From Squalus acanthias (lineage: Eukaryota): DNA of 64,000 bases. Position numbers and translations under genes: made by a program. The stretch covers positions 17,920,001 through 17,984,000 of the forward strand of contig CM059432.1 in assembly GCA_030390025.1 (NCBI GenBank), read 5' to 3'. The notes below the pieces were generated by a model, which saw only the letters and a program-made list of their open reading frames with translations, had not been told where the DNA came from and made no database searches. Positions 13,001 through 23,632 of the stretch are shown piece after piece (position 1 is the stretch's first letter; each line of letters starts with the position of its first letter).

Positions 13001-13668
13001 TCATACCATCATAGTTTCCTTTGTTTAGATTTAGGACCCTAGTTTCGGATTGGACTTCTTCACTTTCCATTTTAATGAAGAATTCTATCATGTTATAGTC
13101 ACTCTTCCCTAAAGGACCCCGCACAACAAGATTATTAATTAACCCCTTCTCATTGCACAATACCCAATCTAGAATAGCCTGTTCCCTAGTTGACTCCTCA
13201 ACGTACTGGTCTAAAAAACCATCTCGTACACACTCCAGGTATTCATCCTCCACAGTATTATTGCTAATTTGGTTTGGCCAGTCTATATGTAGATTAAAGT
13301 CACCCATGATTACTGTAGTACCCTTGTTACATCAGCTTGTAATATTCCAGAATCTTGTCTCATCTCCAGGTGTTCTGGGTTCGCCATATAAAACGGTGTG
13401 AAGGGCAGGTATCCATTATTTTATGTCATCTTTACACGGGCAGATGTTCCTTATCTTATGTGCCATCTTTACGAAGTTTAAATTAAAACACCTTATCCAG
13501 GGTGGACCATTGTTTTTGTTCCCAAAAGTCAGCCTCTTGGAGCCATGCACCTTCTGTTTCATTAAGGTTATTTATTCAGGGTCAACAACTTGTCCTGTTT
13601 CAATAAAGGCCAGAATTCTTTCATAAGATAGTGTATTTTTCTAAATAGTTATATGGCTTATTCCTTCA
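10083..13668 (-). mobile_element. Solo LTR (~1.08 kb after removing the nested CR1), ERV/LTR-retrotransposon type
   Basis: Perfect 10-bp inverted termini TGAAGGAATA..TATTCCTTCA; flanks ctaggg/caaggg; minus-strand TATA (~10726) upstream of AATAAA (~10433). Confidence 0.7.
10826..13332 (-). mobile_element. CR1 LINE, 5'-truncated, 709-codon uninterrupted ORF2 segment
   Basis: ORF 11178-13307 has MGDFN, GKSD, YLDFQKAFDKVPH, SGVPQGSVLGP, KFADD; frameshift near 11178; CR1 3' tail at 10826. Confidence 0.96.
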
Positions 13669-14468
13669 CAAGGGGACCAACGTTTACTTTAGCTACTCTC
13701 TTCCTTTTTATATACCTGTAGAAGCTCTTACTGTCTGTTTTTATATTTCTTGCTAGCTTACTCTCATAAGCTATCTTCTCTCTCTTTATCATTTTTTTAG
13801 TCGTCCTTTGCTGCTTTTTAAAAATGTCCCAATCCTCTGGCCTTCCACTATTCTTCGCAACAGTGTATGCTTTTGTTTTCAATTTGATACCATCCTTTAC
13901 TTCCTTAGTTAGCCACGGATGGTTCATCCTTCTCTTAGAGTCTTTCTTTCTCACTGGAATATATCTTTGCTGAGAGTTATGAAATATCTCCTTAAATGTT
14001 TGCCACTGCTTTTCTACAGTCTTACCCTGTAATGTATTTTCCCAGTCCACTTTAACCAAGTCTGCCTTCATACCTTTGTAATTACCTTTGTTTAAGTTCA
14101 GGACACTAGTTTGAGACCTAGCTTTCTCACCCTCAAACTGAATTTGAAATTCTATCATGCTATGATCACTCTTCCCAAGAGGATCCTTCACTTCGAGATC
14201 ATTAATTAATCCAGCCTCGTTACACATTACCAGATCTAAAATAATCTTCTCCCTGGTTGGTTCCACAACATATTGTTCCAAGAAACCATCCCGTATACAC
14301 TCTAAGAACTCTTCCTCACATCTACCTTTGCCAATTTTCTTTTTCCAATCAATATGAAGATTAAAATCTCCCATGATTATAGCTGTACCTTTCTTACAAG
14401 CCTCTATTATTTCTTTATTTATTCTCTGTCCTACAGTGTGCCTACTGTTTGGGGGCCTGTAGACCACT

Positions 14469-14898
14469 CCTTGGAGAGGGTCCAGAAAAGTTGTACAAGA
14501 ATGATTCCAGGGATGAGGGACTTCAGTTGCGTGGATAGACTGGAGAAGCTGGGATTGTTCTCCTTGGAGCAGAGAAGATTGAGAGGAGATTTGATAGAGG
14601 TGTTCAAAATCATGACAGAGCAGATAGAGAGAAACTGTTCCCATTGGCTGAAGGGTCAAGAACCAAAGGACATAGATTTAAGGTGATTGGCAAAAGAACC
14701 AAAGGTGACGTAAGAAAAAACTTTTTTACTCAGCGAGAGGTTAGGATCTGGAATGCACTGCCTGCGAGGGTGGTGGAGGCAGATTCAATCACGGCTTTCA
14801 AAAAGGAGGTCGATAAGTACCTGAAAGAAAAAAAATTGCAGGGCTACGAGGAAAGGGTGGGGGCTGAATGGCCTTCTTCCATGCTGGAACCATTCTAT
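14469..14898 (+). mobile_element. CR1 3' fragment (second subfamily); its tail continues at 16676-16689
   Basis: LEKLGLFSLEQRRLRGDLIEVFK and FFTQREVRIWNALP; tail cattctat..tatgattctatga split by the Harbinger. Confidence 0.9.
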
Positions 14899-16675
14899 GG
14901 CCGCGATTTCGCAAGTCCGGTGCAGCTGGATTAGGCAGCAGCCTCAAACCCCGCTCCCGTCTTCATCCCGCCTCCTCCAAATGATTTTGCCCTGATTGGG
15001 CTTGTTAAGCCCGCCCTGCAGGGTTCCCGGCCAACTAACAGGAAGCGGGTCTGATGACGTCATCTGATGACGCGTCATCAGCCGGTTTCCTTAAAGGGGC
15101 CATGTCCACGTTGATTTTGACAGTTGTGCTGTCAATGTTCTACAGCATTGAGGTGCTGCAAACACTGACAAGCACTGCACAAAGGTGCACGGCTGTACCC
15201 AGGCTCTCCCATTACTCCCTCCATATGCTTATGGAGGAAGTCACAGCACGCAGGGAGGTTCTCTTGCCTTCCAATGGGCGGAAGAGACCTCCCCAGGAGA
15301 CCAACGCAGCCTGGTTGCACATTGCACAGGAGGGCACAAGCAGGGATGTTGTAAGGAGGACCAGGCTGCAGTGGCGCAAACCTTTCAATTATCTCAGTGG
15401 ATCACAAAACGTTACTGCAAAGCCACACTCAACCTCATCCTGCTGTGCCACTCACTCTGCCTTCCCTACCTTACTCCTGCAAATCCTTACTCACACCAAC
15501 TTACCTTACACCTCCACCCATCCCTCTCTATCTACATTATCACTTCCCCATCTCACTAGCCACCCCTCACACTCACCCTCATCCTAGCCCAATCAATCAA
15601 TCTAGCAACACACAAGTGATGGACTCACCATGTCCAGATTTGCTTCACTTAACACCAGGCTGCACTTGTGTGCTTTAGCCAATGTTTGAGTAAAGTTTCT
15701 GTTAATATGTTGTCAAACATTGAAATCCTTATTTTCACCACTTTGCCTTCTTGGACAGATTTGTGCGCACCTTTGAAAGTGTCTTAGTGAGTTCCAGTGA
15801 ATGGTAAGACATAACATCCCCCCTCCCCCCATTGTGATGAGTGTGAAAGGAATGGCTCGGACATTGTAGGGATGCTTTAGTGGTGCCAACCTGGTACATC
15901 ATGTGGCAGCCTGGTGTTAAGTGAAGCAAATCTGGGCATGGTGAGTCCATCGCTGGCGTCCCGGGCAGCAACGTGCATGGGTGATGATGCCCTGTGTCCA
16001 GTGCAACATCAGTTGATTGCGGAGAAGGTTGGTGTGGATGTTGGTGCCGCTGGTGTGCCTGGTGATGCTGGTGTTGGGTATGATCGTGCTGGGATTCTGA
16101 GGCCCAAGGTGAGATTTTTTCCAAGGGCACCGATGCTGATGGAATAGGTGAGGTTGAGATGACAGAAGCGATCTGTCAATGTTGAGAGAGGTTGTTCCAA
16201 GGAGGTGACACTGGATAGAGAGTTTGCTCCAAACACTTGCTAGCTGTATAAAGGTCAATCTGTCTTCTAAATGCAGTAAGCAACAGCTTCTAACCTTAGA
16301 AAGTGAAGACCTATGAAATGGGAGCTTTCATAGACCATTTGCAGCTGTCAGGTTAGTAAATCATTCCATGCTGACACAACACACGAACAACTTACCTGAC
16401 GTGATCACCGCACACCGGGAAACTCATGGAAAAGCTGGTAAAATGTTAAGAACATGGTAAAATAGTGCTTAACTACCTTTTAGCAAGCTTTTAAGTATCT
16501 AAATTGGCTGACCCGCCGCTTGGTGTCGGGTCTGTTCAGGGATGACAGACCCGACACTTGGGAAACTGACAAGGAGGCGGGTTTACAGCGGGATACCGAA
16601 TCGCTGTCAATCTTTTTGATTTTGACAGCGAGCCCGCCTCCAACCCGCACTCTGAGCGCCGGCAAAATTCCAGCC
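14899..16675 (+). mobile_element. Internally deleted non-autonomous Harbinger (1777 bp)
   Basis: TIRs GGCCGCGATTT / AAATTCCAGCC; TSD TAT/TAT; Myb exon-1 remnant (+, ~15170-15410) and Q/H-rich transposase N-terminal remnant (-, ~15900-16130). Confidence 0.88.
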
Positions 16676-16685
16676 TATGATTCTA

Positions 16686-16743
16686 TGAACCCACGACCTT
16701 CTGACTCAGAGGCAAGTGTGCTACCCACTGAGCCACAGCTGAC
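16686..16743 (-). mobile_element. Deu-SINE (SacSINE1-like) tRNA head only
   Basis: Reverse complement gtcagctgtggctcagtgggtagcacacttgcctctgagtcagaaggtcgtgggttca. Confidence 0.8.
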
Positions 16744-17111
16744 ACTTGGGAAGTGAGCACTTTAAATAAATGCCGGTATAATGCAGGGTGTTGCTGAGCA
16801 CTCTCCTAGGATATGTCAGGATACAGATGTTTCCAGGGCTGAGTGTGAGATATAAAGGCACTGTCTGCACCTATTGTTTCTTCACATGTCCTAGGTAGAG
16901 TGAGCTGCATAATTGTTAGACTATTCTGGTGTTCAACTAGACAAATAGCCACTGCCTGCTCAGTATGGAGAGCTCAGGTTCGTGAACAGCATCCTTTGTA
17001 AACTCTTCTGCCACACTGTGTAATCTTCACTGTTGCGGAAAGTTCAGTTTTTGATTTTTAACATTTTATATGCATTAAATCTGTATACATTAAAGTATAA
17101 ATAATTGACAG

Positions 17112-17220
17112 GTGATCAGTGAGAAAATCACATTTTTTTTACAGATAATGTTGAGCCGTAGTTTTCTCCTCTGTTTTTGAACAAGGTTAAATTGTCTGAC
17201 GATATTTCACCTCATCAGCA
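17112..17220 (+). repeat. ~110-bp direct repeat, copy 1 (copy 2 at 18807-18916)
   Basis: gtgatcagtgagaaaatca..ttttacagataat..gttttctcctctgttt..gaacaaggttaaattgtctga.gatatttcacctca.cagca in both copies. Confidence 0.9.
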
Positions 17221-17239
17221 ATGAAAATTCATATTCTTT

Positions 17240-17957
17240 GGGGGAAAAATTCGGTTGCTTTGCGCCTCCCGTTAGTGCCCTAAGAGGGCGCTAACGGGGG
17301 GCGCAAAGCAACTAGCGCCCGGGCGCGGCGCCGCCAACGCCTCCCGCGAAATTCAGCGGGAGGTTAGTGGAGGCGGTAACCGTTAGCACCCCATGGTGCT
17401 GCGTCGCCGGCAATGACGTCATCGCTGTGCGCAGTGCCCCGCTCGCGCCCCGGCCACGATCTTTGGTAGCGCCCCCTGACGTACCGCCGGACGCTATGTC
17501 CGATGGGGTCAGGGGGGCCTACCTGCGGCCGGGGCGGCGCTAATTAAAGGCGAGGTGCCGGGCGGCCAGTTTTGTTGCTGGCCGCCTGCCAGCACCTGCC
17601 CCCGTTGCTGTCCCCGGCCTCCTCTTCAGCCCCCACTGCGGAGTGCCGGCTGCACTCCGTGAGCCCGGCACTTCTCTTGAGTGCCGGGCTCTTTTGCCGG
17701 CACTCCGATCCCTGGTGGCCCAGCTGGGCCCCGGGTCACGCTGCGCAAGGCCCCTCCCCTTTAAGAAGGGGAGGAAGGCCTGCAGTACCACGGCACGACG
17801 TGCCGCAGCACACGTAGCGCCGCGATATTCCCTCGCAGCGCCCCAAGAGGGAGGCGGGGCGCGTCCAGTAGCGCCCCACTTCCCTCTTGGGGTGCTACCG
17901 ATGAATTTCGGCCGTGGGGGTGCTAATTTTTTCGGGGCGCTAAAAGTTTTTCCCCCC
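17240..17957. mobile_element. GC/CpG-rich Harbinger-type MITE
   Basis: TIRs GGGGGAAAAATT / AAGTTTTTCCCCCC flanked by ttt/ttt; repeated (t)agcgccc subterminal motifs. Confidence 0.7.
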
Positions 17958-18806
17958 TTTATGTGTTGTTCTGATTCCCCTTTTCCACCATTATCGGCTC
18001 AATAACTTTTCTCCTCCATTGTCCGGTGCTCCTAAAATGTAACTCTAGTCCCACACTGTATGGTAGATTCTTCATGCCCTCAGGGCATCAAAGGGTGGGT
18101 AATAAATACTGACATACCAGAGTTACCCACATCCCCAGAACAAATTAAAAACTATCAATATGATTGTTTTTTTTAATTTTAATGAACATTTGTGCTTAAC
18201 AAGGTTGAGGAATGCCAGTACGGGGAAATGCATCATTGCTCCCCTTTATTTTCCAGCAGTACCAGCATCAATATTTTCAGGCACCCTGTAAGTCACATCT
18301 ACATTAAACTATCCAGCCCCGACAACCTGTTGTACAATTGTGACATTTCCGAACCAGCCATCTTTGTGTGGCCTGTCTAAGTGAACAATGCAACTTAGTA
18401 GCAAGCAAGCGACAGGTTTGTGATGTGACCTCTGACCCTCAGGGAGGCGGCCTGAATTCATTTCTCTCAGTGTATCTACAGCTTGTAGAGAGGACATTTT
18501 TCATCTCATCATTCTGGGCTACAGGGAACCCTGTTCAGGAGGGACTAGACAAGACCTGCAGGTCTTAATAATGTTACACATCTTGAACCACACTCATATA
18601 ATTGAACACACGACCTTGGGAGTGCAGCATAACAGGCCCTCTCTGTCTTTATTCCAAAGGTGGCTCCTCTAAAAGTTTGATATATTTTGAGGTCAGACCG
18701 GGAGATAGTGATTCACTGCAGTGAATCATCGGCGCCATCATCCAGTTGTGTTTGTTGCACTGCCAAACAAGTGCCAGTCTGCAAAGCATCTGTGTTAAAC
18801 CCAGAT

Positions 18807-18916
18807 GTGATCAGTGAGAAAATCATGTCATTTTTTTTTTACAGATAATAAGCCATTGTTTTCTCCTCTGTTTTGAACAAGGTTAAATTGTCTGATGATA
18901 TTTCACCTCACCAGCA
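18807..18916 (+). repeat. ~110-bp direct repeat, copy 2
   Basis: Matches 17112-17220 with a few substitutions and small indels. Confidence 0.9.
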
Positions 18917-18956
18917 CCATTCTGTTGTCAGCTGTGGCTCAGTGGGTAGCACGCTC

Positions 18957-20948
18957 TAGGTGGGAGGGGCCAGGAGTGAGCAGGTGCTGCAGGGAGTTGG
19001 TGGTGGGTTTTTGTTTTTTTCAGGTTTTAGGGCCTTTTTGGTCCTTAAACAGCAGCCACATGGCTGCTGATGGGCCCGGAGTGCCGGGCCCCTCAGAGGA
19101 CCATGTTCCCAGGATGAATTTAATCAGGGTTGAAAATGTTGGGGGAAGGGAGAAAAAAAGGCCCAAAGATTTGGGCCGGGACCCCAGGAGGTTTGGAAAA
19201 CACAGTGGTGGTTCTGTGCGAGGATAAGGAGAGACGAGCTTGGGATATTATCCAGGCGGTACATGAGGACTGCGGCGAGGGCAGTTGCTTTGCCTGCCGA
19301 CCAAAGCCGAATGTTGAATTCGAGGTGACGGTCAGTGGCCGAGAGGAGGTGGAAAGACTTTTACTGAGTTTGAAGGTTGGAGATAAGTTCTTGGAGGTAT
19401 CTCTGCTATATTCTGAAGAGGTGGTGGTCTCATTCTTAAACCTGCCGGTTTATATTGAGGACGATGTACTAATAAAAAAGTTGGAGTCGTGGGACATTAA
19501 AATTTGCTCGGCAATAAAGAGGAGATACTATCCAGGAACGCGGGTAGCAGATGGAACCCGTTACGTAAAGGTGCGGTTCCCAGAGGGGGTGAAGTCATTG
19601 CCGTATCGCATGAAATTCGAGACACTGGAAGGAGTTCAGTACATCCGGGTACCGCATGATAACCAGGTGAAGGTTTGTTATTATTGTCTTCGACACGACC
19701 ATCTTGTACGAAGCTGTCCAGACTTGTACTGTTATAACTGCGGCGAGTCTGGACACATCACTCGGAGCTGCAAGGCAGAGAGCTGTGGGGTGTGTCACAA
19801 AGGCCCCAGCTGCTGAGAGTGTGAGGCAGAAGGAAGCCCCTTGAGTGACGAGGAGATGGGAGAAGGAGAAGGAGCAGGAGGTGTGAGTGGAGCAGCTGGA
19901 GGAGCGGAGCAGGCGGAGGACACAGCTGGTGAATGGAAAGAGAAAAGAGCACAGGAAGAGGCAGAAAATTGCGGAGCAGAGAACAGGATGGAGATGGTGG
20001 AAAACACACCAAGTATGGTGGAAAAGGACAAAGACATCAGTGGGCAGCACGGGTCGAGGGCAGAGTCGAGCCATAATACGGCTCGGCTCTCCCTAAAGAA
20101 TCTGGTGTCCGCGGGGGGAGAGGAGGCGGGAGTGGGGTGTGGGGTAAGTGTAAGTACTCCAAAGAAAGGCGGGGAGTCGGACATCTCGGGGAGCAGGAGG
20201 GGGCAAGACAAGGAGAGGGTGCAAGAGGCAGGAGACTTAAAGGGGCAGCAGGATGGGAGCGGGGAGACAAAGATGCCAGAAGGGAGCAAGATAGGTGCAG
20301 ATGCGTCATTGTCCCAGAGAGAGAAGAAACAGGGAGCAAGGGTCAGCGGTGGAGATGAGGCCAAAGGGAGCGGCACTGTTGGAGAACCCGTGATAGCAGG
20401 AAGACTCTCTAAGGGAGATTATGTTTCTGACGGGGAGCAGGGACGGGAGGTTACAGAAGAGCTCGAGAGTGAGGAGTCAGAGGGGGACAGAGACATGAAA
20501 GTGGGGGGTGGGGTGGCATCGTGTGAAAAGGAGAAGGTTAGTGAGGGGTAGAAGGAGGGAGGAGGGGCGGCTCCTCGGCCCAAACCTAATGTAAAGAAGA
20601 GGCTGAAACTGCAGGGAAGGTTCAAACAGGAGGTGAGAAAGAGCCGGAGGCTGCAGGAGAAAGCAACAGCTACCCAAAAAGTTGGGAAGGAGCATGAGAG
20701 GAGGGAAGGGCTGGAGATTAAATGATGGGGGGATTATCAGGCACGCTTCCCTTATTTAGAGCCATGATTACTGATCAATTTTTAAAGTACAATAATTAGT
20801 ATATGCTATGGGAGACAAATTAAACTTCAGGTTTTGATGTTAATATGTGGTGGAGGAATGGCTGTGCAGAGCGGCGGAATGGATTTGTATGATACAATGG
20901 AATGATCACGATGTTGTAAATGTTTAATAAATAATATATATTAAAAAA
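18957..20948 (+). mobile_element. ORF1-only (HAL1-like) non-autonomous Tx1/L1-clade retrotransposon
   Basis: 16-bp TSD agtgggtagcacgctc / agttggtagcaccctc (2 mismatches); 5' UTR, gag-like ORF1, short 3' region, AATAAA and A-tail; no EN/RT domain. Confidence 0.85.
19060..20725 (+). pseudogene. Tx1-type ORF1 (ZCCHC3-like N-terminal domain, CCHC zinc knuckles, acidic low-complexity tail)
   Basis: VSFLNLPVYIEDD, ADGTRYVKVRFP, CYYCLRHDHLVRSC, CYNCGESGHITRSC, CGVC..C*EC; one frameshift near 19190 and in-frame stops at 19814 and 20549. Confidence 0.85.
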
Positions 20949-21449
20949 AGTTGGTAGCACCCTCGCCTCTGAGTCAGATGGTTGTGGGTTCAAATCCCAC
21001 TCCAGGGACTTGAGCACAAAAATCTAGGCTGACACTCCAGTGCAGTGCTGAGGGAGTGCTGCACTGTCAGAGGTGCCGTCTTTCAGATGAGACAAATGAG
21101 ACATCTGCCCTCTCAGCTGGATGTAAAAGATCCCGCGGCACTATTTCGAAGAAGAGCAGGGGAGTTATCCCCAGTGTCCTGGCCAATATTTATCCCTCAA
21201 TCAACATCACTAAAACAGATTATCTGGTCATTATCACATTGCTGTTTGTGGGAGCTTGCTTTGCGCAAATTGGCTGCCGCGTTTCCTACATTACAACAGT
21301 GACTGCACTTCAAGAAGTACCTCATTGGCTGTAAAGTGCTTTGGGACGTCCGGTGGTCATGAAAGGTGCTATATAAATGTAAGTCTTTCTTTTTATTAAA
21401 ACATGGCTGCTTTGAACATTTTTTAAATTGGGAAACTCAACTTAGTGGG

Positions 21450-22130
21450 CAAGACACACAGCGTAGGACATAACCAACAATGAAAAGAGTAGAAGGGGAA
21501 GGTGAAGTGCATTATGAAGGGGTAATTAGGTAACATTAAACTTTTAAACCTCTTTAGATTGTGGGATGGATTGAAGACCAAAGGAAACAAGATATTCCAA
21601 ACTTTAAGAGGTCTTGGGAAGAATGAGATAGAGTTAGTGAACATGATGAAAATGTATGGATCAGAAAGAGCGTGTAGGACATTTTGAACTTTAGGAGGAA
21701 CAAGAGAGAAAAGTTGAGAGCAGCACCAATCAACATACCATCAATAAAATAGAGAGACAAGAAATCTTGCCACTGAGAGGGAGGCAGGCGTTTAGAGATA
21801 AAAGTGGAGTTGTGTATCAGATATCAAGCATTTCCTTGTAGCCTATGCAGGAGCGCGAGAGAGGCATCCCTCAATATAGGAGCAGTATTGAAGTCTAAAC
21901 AGACTTGGCTTTCTAAGAGATTTAAGAGTTATCAAGGAGGAGAGACGCATATAGCACAAAAGAGAAAGCTGAGCTTACTGGAAGTATCTTTAGCAATGGA
22001 GATATGGAAGTTCCATTTGAACTCAGAGAAAATAGTAAAAATAAAAGTGTAAATAGATGAAGGTGACTAGGGTAGAGCCACTGAAGGCGTTGAATGGTAG
22101 TTCCATTTAGAGTTGTGAGAAATATGAAGA
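21450..22130 (-). mobile_element. Old CR1/Jockey-group LINE 3' fragment
   Basis: SFFPRPLKVWNIL..SHNLKRFKS resembles the C-terminal motif of CR1-group ORF2; heavily decayed. Confidence 0.5.
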
Positions 22131-23632
22131 AAGTATGAGGTTTATTTTTCTCTACCCTCATCTGCCTGAGCGCACCTGAAATCTGCACCTGAATGGATCT
22201 GAACACATCCATATTTGTGGCTTCAGATCATTAGCATAGTCCTAATGTTTCACTGGTGCAAGAACGCACTTGGAAGGGGCTTGTGCCTAATAATGGGGAC
22301 GGAAGGTGTCTTGCTGCTGTAGCCTCTTAGACCTTCAGCAGCAGCAATGGCTGCTAGCTTCAGGGCTTTCTGGCTACTGTCCAAAAGCAGCAGTCAGCAG
22401 GTCACAAACACCAAAGAAACTCCTTGTAGGACCTAGGAAAGAAAGGACTTCTCTGTTCAGAGGTGTGAGGAGATTCTGTTTCAGAACCCACAATCTGACG
22501 GGGCCGCGTGCAATGTCTAAGGCTTACTTTTAGTTCGTGTTGCCGTGTTTGGGCTTCCATCAAGCATGAAAATATTGGAAGTGGTAAGAAAGGCAGTTTG
22601 ACTGGGCGGGGCAGTTAGAGGCGGGAGGTCATGTGATGAAACCTCCGACCAGAGTTGCCAACTTTAGTCAGGTATCACCAAAGGTATTTCTTCCCTACGT
22701 GTCTACATTCACTTACCAGGGTCGTCAAACTAAGAAGATCTCACGTGGGCATCCCCACAGCACAATGGGGGTGCACTAGAAGGAGAGGATTGTCATGTTG
22801 TCACACAACATCACATGTCTGAAGCTCACTCATGTGAAGGCATTCGGGGCCGACCTAAAGGAAGCAGCCTTTCTGCCACTCTCCATAGAGACAGTGTCAT
22901 CTGTGCCAACTCTGTGCAGCCCAATAGTGCTGGGCACAGACTCGGACATCCCACTGGTCAGCGTCATCAGAAACTTAATAGAACAATGAGTTCTTGGAAA
23001 CCCTGTGAAAGTGTTCTGATCAAAGCATCTATTGAAGCATTGGTAGCTGTCACTCCAGAAGCCACCAATCTCCTTAGAAGCTGTTCCTGGAGTCTTAATG
23101 CTGCAGCAATTTTCCCGGCTGTCACAGTCTCCAGGGTGTTCTTCAGGTTGTGAGATACTTTTTACAATGAAGAACTGAGAAGTGAGCTCTCCCTACTTAT
23201 CTATCATCTCAACCATATTACTCCCAAATCGTCGCTCCTTTGAGGACTGGACCCTTGAGATCTGAGTCCTATCTGAGGGCAGTCATTTCCACTCTCTCCA
23301 TGGAGTCTTGACATATTTTGGCCATCCTTGTGAAAACAATGAACTTCTTCCTGCACTGTGTGACACTTCTTGAGTGGTGGAAGTTGCACTGACGGCCTCT
23401 GCCATCTGCCTCCAGAGAGCCTGTATCACTCTTCTATGGGGGTCTCCTGCCCTCAGTGGTCATCAGACAGTCCCTCCTGGACATCACTTCTGCCAACAGC
23501 ACCCCCACTGGCTCATCAGAAAATATGGGAAAGAGTGCAATAAGTCTTAATTTCAACACAGTTAGAGGAGGAAGAGTGTGTTGGACAATGTATTTGGAGT
23601 TCAGGAGGAACATGAGAGGAAAGCTCAGAGGA

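Larger units (their letters stand above)
8318..14468 (-). mobile_element. CR1 LINE (endonuclease C-terminus to 3' end), split by a solo LTR into 8318-10082 and 13669-14468
   Basis: RT motifs (YLDFQKAFDKVPH, QGSVLGP, KFADD) and EN motifs (IIMGDFN, GKSDH); the reading frame KVNVGPL..GNREM is continuous across the LTR. Confidence 0.9.
18927..21395 (+). mobile_element. Deu-SINE (SacSINE1-like), split by the Tx1 element into 18927-18956 and 20949-21395
   Basis: tRNA head, Deu domain (gaggtgccgtctttc.gatgagac..aaagatccc..ggcacta..gtgtcctggccaa) and L2-like tail gctatataaatgtaagtctttcttt. Confidence 0.9.

Noticed and set aside
11178..13307. 709-aa RT ORF as a domesticated gene or active LINE
   Set aside because: 5'-truncated within the endonuclease and frameshifted at the C-terminus; an ordinary young CR1 copy
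13658..14659. 333-aa ORF as a novel gene
   Set aside because: Chance fusion of the antisense of one CR1 with the endonuclease region of another, ending in the LTR
17240..17957. CpG-island promoter
   Set aside because: The GC-rich block is exactly bounded by TIRs, so it is a MITE
19130..19816. Host ZCCHC3-like gene
   Set aside because: Bounded by a TSD and A-tail, with a frameshift and two stops; it is a retrotransposon ORF1
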